This document shows, piece by piece, positions 55,732 through 64,000 of a stretch of 64,000 nucleotides of DNA; position 1 is the first letter of the stretch, and every line of letters starts with the position of its first letter. The stretch comes from Bdellovibrionales bacterium (GTDB lineage Bacteria > Bdellovibrionota > Bdellovibrionia > Bdellovibrionales > UBA1609), in contig CBDHDF010000007.1 of NCBI GenBank assembly GCA_965261545.1, positions 128,001-192,000 of the forward strand, written 5' to 3'. The notes under the pieces were generated by a model. The model saw only the letters and a program-made list of their open reading frames with translations, was not told where the DNA came from and did no database searches. The translations under genes and the position numbers were made by a program.

Positions 55732-57447
55732 CTATGGATTTTTAGCCACATTATGAGTCAGTTCTTCAATATAAATAGTATAAGATCCGTGTTTTACTCC
55801 CACAGAGCTTACCCCTAGATAATGTACCCCATTTTGTGTGGTAACAAACTCTTCGATGGTGCAATTTTCTAATATGGTTGTGGCAAGGCTTGCATTTTGT
55901 TTATATTTATTCCCATACTTACCATATCTTTTATACTTTTCATTCTCTTTATTCTTGCGAACCGATCCCCAAAGTGGTTTGCCATCGGAGTTATGAATGG
56001 CTAAGGCGAAGGAGATTGAGGTTTCGTTAGCGGCACGGGGCTCCACTTGAATGCGATACTTACGGTGGAGTTTAAGATCTATAACATACCAGTTCTTATC
56101 GTTAGGTTTTTCGATAGTTCCTTCCTCTGATACTCCGAGGCGGAGAACTTTGGGTTTCCTTGTTGGGTTTGTTGCATCGAAAAAGTCTTGATCCTCTTGG
56201 GTGGGCATGCGAGCTTCTATTTTGTATCCACCTATAGCTCTTCCGTATCCCCCCACTTTTATTTGGTAGACTGCTGTCTCAGGTGTTACAAAAACCACGA
56301 GGCTGTTTTTTTCTGAAGCGTCGTCATTTTCTCCCAACTTTTCTCCTCTGAGATAAACGCCTCGCAAGTAGGGGTCCGCAAGGGGGAGACTTCCTCTTTC
56401 TTCAATAGCCACTCCGTTCAGGGATATCGCATAAGGTTCACCACCATGCAATTCAACTTCATACCAGTCTTCATCTCCCAAGAAGTCAATAACTTCACTT
56501 TTGGCCTCTCCCACTGTCAATGAGGTGGGTTGGACCTCTGTTCCCGGATCAAGCCCCTTGCGGACAGCTTTTCCTAACTTTCCATTGCTACCACCACGGC
56601 CATTGGAAGAACATGTTTCCACCATTCCATTTTCACCAACATTTATGCCAGTGGCACCTTGGCAGTGGGAAGAAGTTCCCTTGGCCCTTGTCCCCTTATT
56701 TGCTTCACTACGGGTAGACTTATCCCCATCATCTGTTTTCTTGCTACCACCAAGATATTGGAAAGGGCCCGGAGGCAAAGCACCTTTGCTATTGGAAGTT
56801 CTTGTTTTTTGGGAAGTACCCATCATGGGTGCATGAATATTTATTGGGTTTGAGGATTCTTGGAGAGATTTTGTCTGATAAGAAATAGCCATTTCTCCGA
56901 GTTCGCCAAAGAGTTCAGTGATGTCCTCTATGGATAAGGGGCGAATGTTGAATAAATCTTCAGAGTCCGAACCTAATTTTGCTGTCATCTCTATTTCTGT
57001 ATCATCCTCTGTATCACCTATTTCCTCTTCATATTCTTCTGTCATTGTGTTTTCAGTTTCATTTTCTAAAGCATCTTGCATAGCCTTGTTGAAAGCAGAA
57101 ATATCATGAATATAGTCATAGGTTGGATCGACTGTCTCTAAGCTCTTTTGAAAACGGTGGAAGCTTTTTTTTTGTATGAAATTTTGTGTTATATCTATTT
57201 GAGAATCTTTCAAATATTTCTTCATAGAATCATATTCTTGGTTTATGTTTTCTATGAAAGAGGCGGGACGTGATAAAGCTTCTTTGTTCATTTTCTTTTG
57301 ATCTTTGTGATTGTTGTAGGAAAAGACCGTAAAGAACAAAGCAAAGATGAGTAGACTCAAAAAAATGAGATCCGCTAATATTTGTTTTTTAATTTTATTC
57401 TTATTAAATTTATTAAATTTTCTAAATAAATTATTTTCATACAACAC
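55732..57447 (-). CDS. Membrane-anchored protein with two PPC-like beta-sandwich domains
   Basis: N-terminal TM segment; GDEDWYEVEL...DPYLRG...ENDD and NDKNWYVIDL. Confidence 0.7.
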   Translation of the reverse strand: MLYENNLFRKFNKFNKNKIKKQILADLIFLSLLIFALFFTVFSYNNHKDQKKMNKEALSRPASFIENINQEYDSMKKYLKDSQIDITQNFIQKKSFHRFQKSLETVDPTYDYIHDISAFNKAMQDALENETENTMTEEYEEEIGDTEDDTEIEMTAKLGSDSEDLFNIRPLSIEDITELFGELGEMAISYQTKSLQESSNPINIHAPMMGTSQKTRTSNSKGALPPGPFQYLGGSKKTDDGDKSTRSEANKGTRAKGTSSHCQGATGINVGENGMVETCSSNGRGGSNGKLGKAVRKGLDPGTEVQPTSLTVGEAKSEVIDFLGDEDWYEVELHGGEPYAISLNGVAIEERGSLPLADPYLRGVYLRGEKLGENDDASEKNSLVVFVTPETAVYQIKVGGYGRAIGGYKIEARMPTQEDQDFFDATNPTRKPKVLRLGVSEEGTIEKPNDKNWYVIDLKLHRKYRIQVEPRAANETSISFALAIHNSDGKPLWGSVRKNKENEKYKRYGKYGNKYKQNASLATTILENCTIEEFVTTQNGVHYLGVSSVGVKHGSYTIYIEELTHNVAKNP

Positions 57448-57659
57448 CTTGCGCCGAAATCTACGTTAAAACTACAAATTAAACTTAAATAATTTAAAAA
57501 CTTAACTTACATAATACATTTTGTGAGATGTATCTATATCTATACATCCATAAGAGTATCGGAAGGATTTATAAATTTATAAAGTGATTGACGACTTAAA
57601 TAATTCTTCAGGAATAAATGGACTTCCGTCGATTTTGTTTCCACCTATGGAAGTGCCGC

Positions 57660-58330
57660 CGATGTGTTGGTGAGTTCCCGGACGTAGGTCCCCATTTAGA
57701 TCGTCTGTTTTCAAAATTCGTCCTTGAACCCGACTATCCGCAATCTTGTTTCTATATCTGTTTTCTCACTGATACAGAAACAACCCACATGTAGGCTTCC
57801 TCGCTGCTGATCTTTATCCGGAAATCAAGTCTCTCAACTTACCGAAACTTACCAAAACTATCAGCCCGTGGAACGAATTTCACACGATCCTATATTTAAC
57901 TTACTCGGCTCTCTATTTCTCACGCTTGAGATGTTTTTTACATTCAAGCTGGTTTTCTTTAATTATCAGGTACATAAAACAGCTGTGTCTTGCTCACCTA
58001 TTCAAGGTCTTCACCCTTACGGGATCGCCTTATCCTGTTCCCCCTGCCGCCCATGTCAACATGCAGTAAATATCAGAGTCATAATTGCTCTATGGAGGTT
58101 CGTTGTCCATGGGGCGAGGCTCGTCACCGTTTTTATCAAGAAAATTTCAAGATTTACGAAGCTATTCAATCTTTTATCAAACTACATTATTTCATATTTC
58201 ATAACTCCTCCCCCTCAGAAATGCCTAGCCACAGTCATTTGTAATGTAAAAGGCATAATTAAACTCCTGGGTATTCCTATTCCACCCAATGACTGCGTTA
58301 CATGCAGCATACTAAGACCACTGAGGTGAG
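57660..58330 (-). ncRNA. Candidate bridge/seek RNA region of the IS1111 element
   Basis: Downstream of the recombinase, as known for IS1111. The transcript contains CCTCCA (58093-58098) and ATAGGTG (57995-58001), matching the two halves of the predicted circle junction. Boundaries unknown. Confidence 0.5.
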
Positions 58331-58331
58331 T

Positions 58332-58426
58332 CAGTTATCCACAGACTCATCCATGGTGACGCTGCGGCTATGGCCCTAGGGGAGCCAATAAGGCAGCGCT
58401 GCTGTGGATGAGTCTGTGGATAACTG
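58332..58426 (-). repeat. DnaA-box-closed hairpin homologous to 35351-35448
   Basis: CAGTTATCCACAGACTCATCCATGGTGACGCTGC...GCAGCGCTGCTGTGGATGAGTCTGTGGATAACTG. Confidence 0.85.
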
Positions 58427-58502
58427 CGACGGAGTCTCCACACAAGTGTGTTGGCAACTCTGTCCTCCGTGGTTTCATGTACAAAGCTCGGATCCTGAAA
58501 TG

Positions 58503-59561
58503 CTAGGCTCCCATCTTCTCCAAATTGGCTTGGAAAGCATATTCCTTATAGCCACGGTTGTCCCGCAGCATCGCATAGCAGATACAGCTCATCTTGCGAG
58601 CCAGGGCCACAACAGCCTTATTGGTTCCCCTCCTCGACTCAACCTCTAAGGCCCATTTCCGAACAGGATCATCACATTTAGTGCTCTTTTTGAGCCAAGC
58701 CCGCGCCCCATGGATGAGATAGCGACGTAATATCTCATTGCCACTTTTGGTGATGGAGCCCATCATACGAGTGTTTGCTGAAGAGCTAACACTGGGAACT
58801 AAACCCAGGTAGCTGGCAAACTTACTGGCATCATCAAAACGACTGATATCATCCACCACTGCCACCATAGCCGCAGCCGTGAGAAGACCAACTCCAGGCA
58901 AAGTTCTCAATTGTTTTACAGACTCTTTCTCCTGAACTAAAAACTCAATCCGGTGGGTGATAGACTTTTCTTGCTGTTGGAGGGCTTCGGCCTGACCGTA
59001 CAATTCCTGAAGAGTGCTGCGAATAAAAGGATTGGGCACTTTGGAAATAGTCGCTGGTGCTTTCACCCAAAACTGATTTGCTCCCACGGGAATCGTAAGA
59101 CCCTGTTCCCTCAAAAGACCTCTGATGTGGTTTGTTAAACTCACCCGTGTGCCTACAGTAAGTTCACGGGAAACGAGCAGACTCTTTATGTCTCTGGAAC
59201 CAGGACTACGGAGATGAACCTCACAATCACTATCAGGGTTCAGGCGCAGAAAAGTATTTAAAGCCTTGGCATCCCGCTCGTCGGTTTTCTTGCCGCTGAT
59301 ACCTATGCCCCTAAACTTGTTTGGGTTGATGATGTGAACAGTGTGACCCAAATCCTGTAATTTCTGGACATAGGGGTTAACCCCTCCTGTGGCCTCAATG
59401 GCTATCTCACAGGGTTCTCTATTTGAGAAATAGCGAGGAAGATTCTTGGTCTGAATACAACTGACTCTAGGGACTCCTTGAACCATTTCTCCCTTTTGAT
59501 CTGTAGCATAAAGAACTGAGTTATTCTTGTGAAAATCGACTCCTATGTATAACTTGGGCAT
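58503..59561 (-). CDS. IS110-family DEDD recombinase
   Basis: IGVDFHK, IEATG, KTDERDA, LPGVG and YLGLVP..SSS motifs; SD AAGGAG. Confidence 0.95.
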   Translation of the reverse strand: MPKLYIGVDFHKNNSVLYATDQKGEMVQGVPRVSCIQTKNLPRYFSNREPCEIAIEATGGVNPYVQKLQDLGHTVHIINPNKFRGIGISGKKTDERDAKALNTFLRLNPDSDCEVHLRSPGSRDIKSLLVSRELTVGTRVSLTNHIRGLLREQGLTIPVGANQFWVKAPATISKVPNPFIRSTLQELYGQAEALQQQEKSITHRIEFLVQEKESVKQLRTLPGVGLLTAAAMVAVVDDISRFDDASKFASYLGLVPSVSSSANTRMMGSITKSGNEILRRYLIHGARAWLKKSTKCDDPVRKWALEVESRRGTNKAVVALARKMSCICYAMLRDNRGYKEYAFQANLEKMGA

Positions 59562-59565
59562 TGCC

Positions 59566-59991
59566 GCTCCTTTCGTTTGTGAGCCTTTTGAGCTCGGTTT
59601 TTGTGTGGATAAGTATAACAACTTAGACCACGATGAAAAGGGGCGGCACTTCCATGCCTCCAGAAGGATTTATAAATTTATAAAGTGATTGACGACTTAA
59701 ATAATTCTTCAGGAATAAATGGACTTCCGTCGATTTTGTTTCAAGAAGAACACTAAAGTGCCGATTGTTCTTAGAGCATTGTGCTCCTTTCGTTTGTGAG
59801 CCTTTTGAGCTCGGTTTTTGTGTGGATAAGTATAACAACTTAGACCACGATGAAAAGGGGCGGCACTTCCATGCCTCCAGAAGGATTTATAAATTTATAA
59901 AGTGATTGACGACTTAAATAATTCTTCAGGAATAAATGGACTTCCGTCGATTTTGTTTCAAGAAGAACACTAAAGTGCCGATTGTTCTTAG
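59566..59991. repeat. Tandem duplication (217-bp period) of the IS110 left end plus flank
   Basis: 59566-59774 matches 59783-59991. Confidence 0.93.
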
Positions 59992-60027
59992 GTGAGACAT
60001 ACAAATGGCCAACATGGAGATAAAGTG

Positions 60028-61272
60028 ATGCCTAAAAAAGAAAAACTATCAAAATCTCAACTAAGATATTGTTGGTTGAGATTTCTGGCTATACTATGTA
60101 GCCTTATGATCTCTATGGCTTGCACTGACCAACCTGAAGATCTTGCAGAGTTCAGTCGCAAAAGCACCGAGATGCCTGTCTCCATTGATATCGATGCCTT
60201 GGAGACAATCAATAGCTCAAATGCTTCTTACTTTCCCATTAAGGGAACCTGCTCGGAAGAGGGTCGTGAAGTGACTCTCCACATTGAAGGAGTTCAGACC
60301 TCAACTCTTTGCTCCAATCAAGCTTGGAATGTGACTGTGGATATAACTCACACAAATAAAAAAAATCTTGTCAATATAACAGTCTTTCATTCAGCAGCCA
60401 GTGGAGAAAAAGGAGAAGCTTTTTCCAGCATCAACAATCAATTTATTTGTGACAGCCATTTTATAGGCGTTCCGGCGATGAGCGAGTATACAACCCATAG
60501 CTTTTGTGTGGCTAAGTACGAAATGAAAAGCAATCAACGAGGTCATACAATTTCTCATCCCAAGGGTTTGCCTAGAACGAAAATCAACCGTAATGATGCG
60601 GCGGATCAGTGTCGAACTATGGGAGATGGGCATGACCTCATCACCAACGATGAGTGGCAAACTCTTGCTCGCAATATTGAGCAGGTACCAAGTAATTGGG
60701 AGGCAAGTACGATAGGGTCTCCAGGAGGCATCAATCAAGGTCATTCAGGTTCTTTTTTACCCATGGACCCCCTTCCTGCAAGCGATAATGACAGCAAAGG
60801 TTGCTTTAAAACCAAAGAGCAGTGTGATGGCACCCTGTGGAGCGTTAAAAAAAGAACTCATGCTCTCTCCAATGGTGAAGTTATTTGGGATCTTTCTGGA
60901 AACGTTGAAGAGTGGGTCAAAGATGACAACGGTGAGAGGTATGGCACCAGCGATTATTGGTCAAAGATCACAGCTAAAAGTCATCTACGACGGAGTCATT
61001 TGAATCGAAGGAGTACAAATAGATCAAGGTTGACTAAGGATCAATTTGGCCCCTACAGAGATTACTCTCAACATGATGCAGCTCCCTATGCAGGATTGGG
61101 TTATGCTCGCATTGACTTCAATGGGGGGGCTATTGTTCGTGGAGGTTACTGGCGGTGGGGTTGGTTATGGGGGCCGGCTTCAGGTATTTTTGCTGTCAAT
61201 CTCAGTTATCCTCCCTCCTATGCCTCCAAGAAATTGGGATTTCGATGTGTCTTTCACCCCCGCGTACTATAG
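60028..61272 (+). CDS. Putative lipoprotein with Ig-like and FGE/SUMF1-like domains
   Basis: SMAC lipobox-like; FCVAKYEM, LITNDEWQ, WDLSGNVEEW and RGG...LGFRC motifs. Confidence 0.82.
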   Translation: MPKKEKLSKSQLRYCWLRFLAILCSLMISMACTDQPEDLAEFSRKSTEMPVSIDIDALETINSSNASYFPIKGTCSEEGREVTLHIEGVQTSTLCSNQAWNVTVDITHTNKKNLVNITVFHSAASGEKGEAFSSINNQFICDSHFIGVPAMSEYTTHSFCVAKYEMKSNQRGHTISHPKGLPRTKINRNDAADQCRTMGDGHDLITNDEWQTLARNIEQVPSNWEASTIGSPGGINQGHSGSFLPMDPLPASDNDSKGCFKTKEQCDGTLWSVKKRTHALSNGEVIWDLSGNVEEWVKDDNGERYGTSDYWSKITAKSHLRRSHLNRRSTNRSRLTKDQFGPYRDYSQHDAAPYAGLGYARIDFNGGAIVRGGYWRWGWLWGPASGIFAVNLSYPPSYASKKLGFRCVFHPRVL

Positions 61273-61399
61273 AGTTTCAGGGCCACCATCCCAGCACAGA
61301 GGCTAGAAATTGAGAAGCAAGGGTGGTTCCATTTGTGGGAAGAAGCCTTGTAAGTTATCCTCCCCCTTAGAGGTTGTTATTAGGTCAAAGTAGGTCAGT

Positions 61400-62413
61400 G
61401 TGAAGAACTTTTCTGCAGGTCTTTCTTGTAAACATGCATATACATATTTCGTTGCGGCCATCACCGTGGCCACGACGATGACGGTGATGACGATCATGAT
61501 ATTGATGGTTTTTTCCCCTCAGTCGTGGGGGCAAACCGAGCACAAGCTTATCCGCCGCATGGCTGTCTTTCCTATTCAAGTTGCCCCCAAATTAAATTCT
61601 CTTGCTGAGGAGGCTTGGTGGAGCCTTAGAGAAGAGCTTACCAAGGATAAGAGGTTTTTATTGGCCAGCCGTAATTTTTTACAGAATAAGGATGTCTTTC
61701 GAGCCCATGGGGAGCTTGGCCCTGCTGATGTCATTATATTGAGTCGGCTCCTCGATGCCCATGCTCTTGTAACCACCTTTCTTAAGGAGCGTCAACTCAC
61801 CATGAATGTTTATGAGGGGGAGTACGGTCGGCTTCTTTGGTCTTACACACTGGACTTAAATCAATCAGAACCCCTGAAAGGCCAGCTCATAAAAGCCACT
61901 CAAAGGCTCGCTCAAGCTTTTATTGCCAACACTCCCTACCAAGGCTTCGTCATCATAGACCACTTATGGGAGGGGAATGTGACGATTCCTTTGGGTAGAA
62001 AGACCATTGTTAAAGCCAGTGTGGGAACCCATGCCAAAGTAGATATAGGAGATGTTGTTCAATTTATTCATATTCGCAGTGAGAAGCTTCAAATGCTCTT
62101 TGAAGGTGATCTACATATTGAAGTCTTTGCCGAGGGACGAATTATAGATATCGGCCGAAGGGAAGTCATCATTGAGATTCTCAACGCCACAGATATCTCT
62201 CATATTGTTGAAGGAACTCTTGTTCGCTTGCCCAAGGAAGCCAAGAGGTTGCAAGAACACTATGGTTTAAACTGGAAAGATAAGAACATCCGTCTCCAAT
62301 ATTTTTCTTCTGAAATATACTCCTTTCAAAAGGAGGAAAATGAAAAAAAGCCATTGGCTCTTTCCATGGCTTTTCTTTTCAATTTAGCAGCCTTTCTTCT
62401 TATCGCCCTTTGA
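61400..62413 (+). CDS. Hypothetical exported/membrane protein
   Basis: Intact ORF with signal-like N-terminus and C-terminal TM segment; start uncertain. Confidence 0.7.
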   Translation: MKNFSAGLSCKHAYTYFVAAITVATTMTVMTIMILMVFSPQSWGQTEHKLIRRMAVFPIQVAPKLNSLAEEAWWSLREELTKDKRFLLASRNFLQNKDVFRAHGELGPADVIILSRLLDAHALVTTFLKERQLTMNVYEGEYGRLLWSYTLDLNQSEPLKGQLIKATQRLAQAFIANTPYQGFVIIDHLWEGNVTIPLGRKTIVKASVGTHAKVDIGDVVQFIHIRSEKLQMLFEGDLHIEVFAEGRIIDIGRREVIIEILNATDISHIVEGTLVRLPKEAKRLQEHYGLNWKDKNIRLQYFSSEIYSFQKEENEKKPLALSMAFLFNLAAFLLIAL

Positions 62414-62681
62414 TCGAAAACCTGGCAAGAATTTCATACTCAACACAGGTCTTTCGTCTTGAAATCTAGCCATAAATCTAGACATAACTGAGGAGATTTC
62501 AGGAGATTTCGGATGGGCCCAAACTTCTTGGCCCTTTGGAGAGGTCATGCTGGAGGTATGGATATTACCTTGACATATTCTTATGCGACATCAAACATAT
62601 ATTTATATATTGATCATATGATTTAATTTAATTTAATTTAATTTTTAATCCATTCAAGGAAACACTAAAGGAGAAAAAGAC

Positions 62682-63149
62682 ATGAAATTCGTTTTTCGTA
62701 CTCATACAGCCAATACAGTCAATGCCACCAAGACAATTTATGAAATCATGATAAAGCCGTTACTTATTATTATGAGCTTGTGTCTTACCATGCTTCTTAC
62801 CAAGCCTTTACAGGCGGCGAATGGTGCCATTGCTGTTCAAATGCAGGGTTGGGGATTTTATGTTGGGGCGAGGTGCTACACAGAAAACGGTGCAGATCAT
62901 GTGGGATCATGGAAACGTCTCAGTGTTGGGTTGACCCACAGGTGCTCCACTGCATCCACAGACTCCCAGCCCAGTTATATGAAAATCCAGCGTGTCAATT
63001 TATGGGGTCGAGATAGAGGGAGTGTTTGGAGAGTTTATCGACCAGATGATTGTAACCATAAAAAAGATTTTTGTATCTATGTGAGGGGGGGGAGTCTTGG
63101 TAAATCAAGGTATGAGACCAATTGTAACGGATATTTAAAATGTTATTAG
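62682..63149 (+). CDS. Small secreted Cys-rich hypothetical protein
   Basis: SD AAGGAG; signal peptide ending LQA; 6 Cys in the mature part. Confidence 0.7.
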   Translation: MKFVFRTHTANTVNATKTIYEIMIKPLLIIMSLCLTMLLTKPLQAANGAIAVQMQGWGFYVGARCYTENGADHVGSWKRLSVGLTHRCSTASTDSQPSYMKIQRVNLWGRDRGSVWRVYRPDDCNHKKDFCIYVRGGSLGKSRYETNCNGYLKCY

Positions 63150-63152
63150 CCC

Positions 63153-64000
63153 TCATGTTGAATGGAGAAGCTCCTGAAATTCCTCCCAGCGGATAATGGG
63201 AACTCCAAGGCTTTCAGCCTTGTTAAGCTTGGACCCTACAGAATTTCCAGCGAGGAGGTAATCAACTTTCTCGCTGATGGAGGACTTGATTTGTCCTCCA
63301 TGGAGGGTGATAAGGTCTTTGATGTCGTTTCTTGCCATGTGAAAAGTTCCTGTGATGACAAAACTAAGGTCTTGGAGAGGGGCTGTGGCGTATTGATGAG
63401 CCTTTGTATATTGGATTTGTACTCCGGCATCTTGAAGTTTTTGGAGTTCCTTGAGGGAGTTGGAGTGGGCAAAGTACTGTCGAAGAGAGGAAGCCGCTTT
63501 GGGTCCAATATCGTAAATACTGAGGAGCTCTTCTTCTGTGGTTGAGGATAGACTTTCGATATCTTTGAAGTGACGACTAAGGGAGCGGGCAGTTTGTTCA
63601 CCCACAAAGCGAATGCCAAGAGCATAGATAAACTTATCAAATTGAGGCCGCCGACTGTCGCTGACACTTTTTATCAAGTTGTTCACAGATTTTTTGCCCT
63701 GTCTTTCTAAATTGAGAATACTTTCACTTTTGCTATCTAGGAGGTAGATATCGCTGTAGGTTTTGATGAGTCCATGGTCCACAAATTGTTCGATAAGTTT
63801 ATTTCCAAGTCGATCTATATTCATTGCTTTTTTGGATACAAAGTGTTTTAAGGATTCTTTGATAATCGCCGGACACAATGGATTGTGACACCTTAAAATC
63901 GCCTCATTATCTCGACTTTTAAGGGGGCTATGGCAGGAGGGGCACTTTGGGGGGAAGGCAAAGGCGAGAGAGTTTTCTTTTCTTTTTTCTTTCACCACAG
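63153..64000 (-). CDS. ligA: NAD-dependent DNA ligase, C-terminal part
   Basis: CPSC Zn finger, HhH (LGIRFVGE) and BRCT (FVITGTF, GSKLNKA) domains. Confidence 0.96.
   Translation of the reverse strand, partial: VVKEKRKENSLAFAFPPKCPSCHSPLKSRDNEAILRCHNPLCPAIIKESLKHFVSKKAMNIDRLGNKLIEQFVDHGLIKTYSDIYLLDSKSESILNLERQGKKSVNNLIKSVSDSRRPQFDKFIYALGIRFVGEQTARSLSRHFKDIESLSSTTEEELLSIYDIGPKAASSLRQYFAHSNSLKELQKLQDAGVQIQYTKAHQYATAPLQDLSFVITGTFHMARNDIKDLITLHGGQIKSSISEKVDYLLAGNSVGSKLNKAESLGVPIIRWEEFQELLHST

Larger units (their letters stand above)
57644..59660 (-). mobile_element. IS110 family, IS1111-type element
   Basis: Sub-terminal IRs ATGGAAGTGCCGCC (57647 and 59642-59655); CA dinucleotide at both junctions; ~860-bp 3' non-coding end. 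Confidence 0.9.
57562..59959. repeat. 80-bp direct repeat, three copies (57562-57641, 59663-59742, 59880-59959)
   Basis: GAAGGATTTATAAATTTATAAAG...GATTTTGTTTC reads identically in all three. Confidence 0.95.

Noticed and set aside
57868..58649. Plus-strand ORFs in the IS110 3' end
   Set aside because: Antisense to the expected non-coding RNA region; no SD or domain evidence.
61120..61300. Second FGE-like gene as a DGR target
   Set aside because: Its tail lacks the NNC/NNT bias and the downstream tract and hairpin, and it does not align at DNA level with 14360-14482.
1..64000. tRNA, rRNA, tmRNA, prophage or named defence systems
   Set aside because: No cloverleaf, rRNA-like sequence, phage structural genes or recognisable defence genes were seen by eye.

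Overview
The window has two parts. About 33 of the first 45 kb is nested mobile DNA: 8 full and 1 partial copies of a 1417-bp IS4-family element (all in the same orientation), 3 IS256, 2 IS3, 2 IS1634, IS66, IS21, an ISNCY-like DDE element, a decayed IS1-like element, two MITEs and two group II introns. One intron is a complete ORF-less class D-like ribozyme inside an IS256 transposase gene; the other is a broken RT-encoding intron. There is also a ~1.9-kb large-serine-recombinase element bounded by 27-bp inverted repeats. These elements have disrupted a pseudopilin-like gene, an Rpn/YhgA gene and a 5-oxoprolinase gene; fumC, a PA14 lipoprotein and an FGE/C-lectin-fold gene with DGR variable-region hallmarks lie among them. 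From 45 to 64 kb the genes are mostly housekeeping (hemB, hutG-like, cca, prc, plsC, trhO, recD2, partial ligA), plus an IS1111-type IS110 element with a long non-coding 3' end and unusual flank duplications. Gene content (FQNC lipoprotein, pseudopilin-like and conserved hypothetical genes) suggests Bdellovibrionota, and the IS bloom suggests a host-restricted lineage; both are inferences. Coordinates were read by eye and may be off by a base or two.
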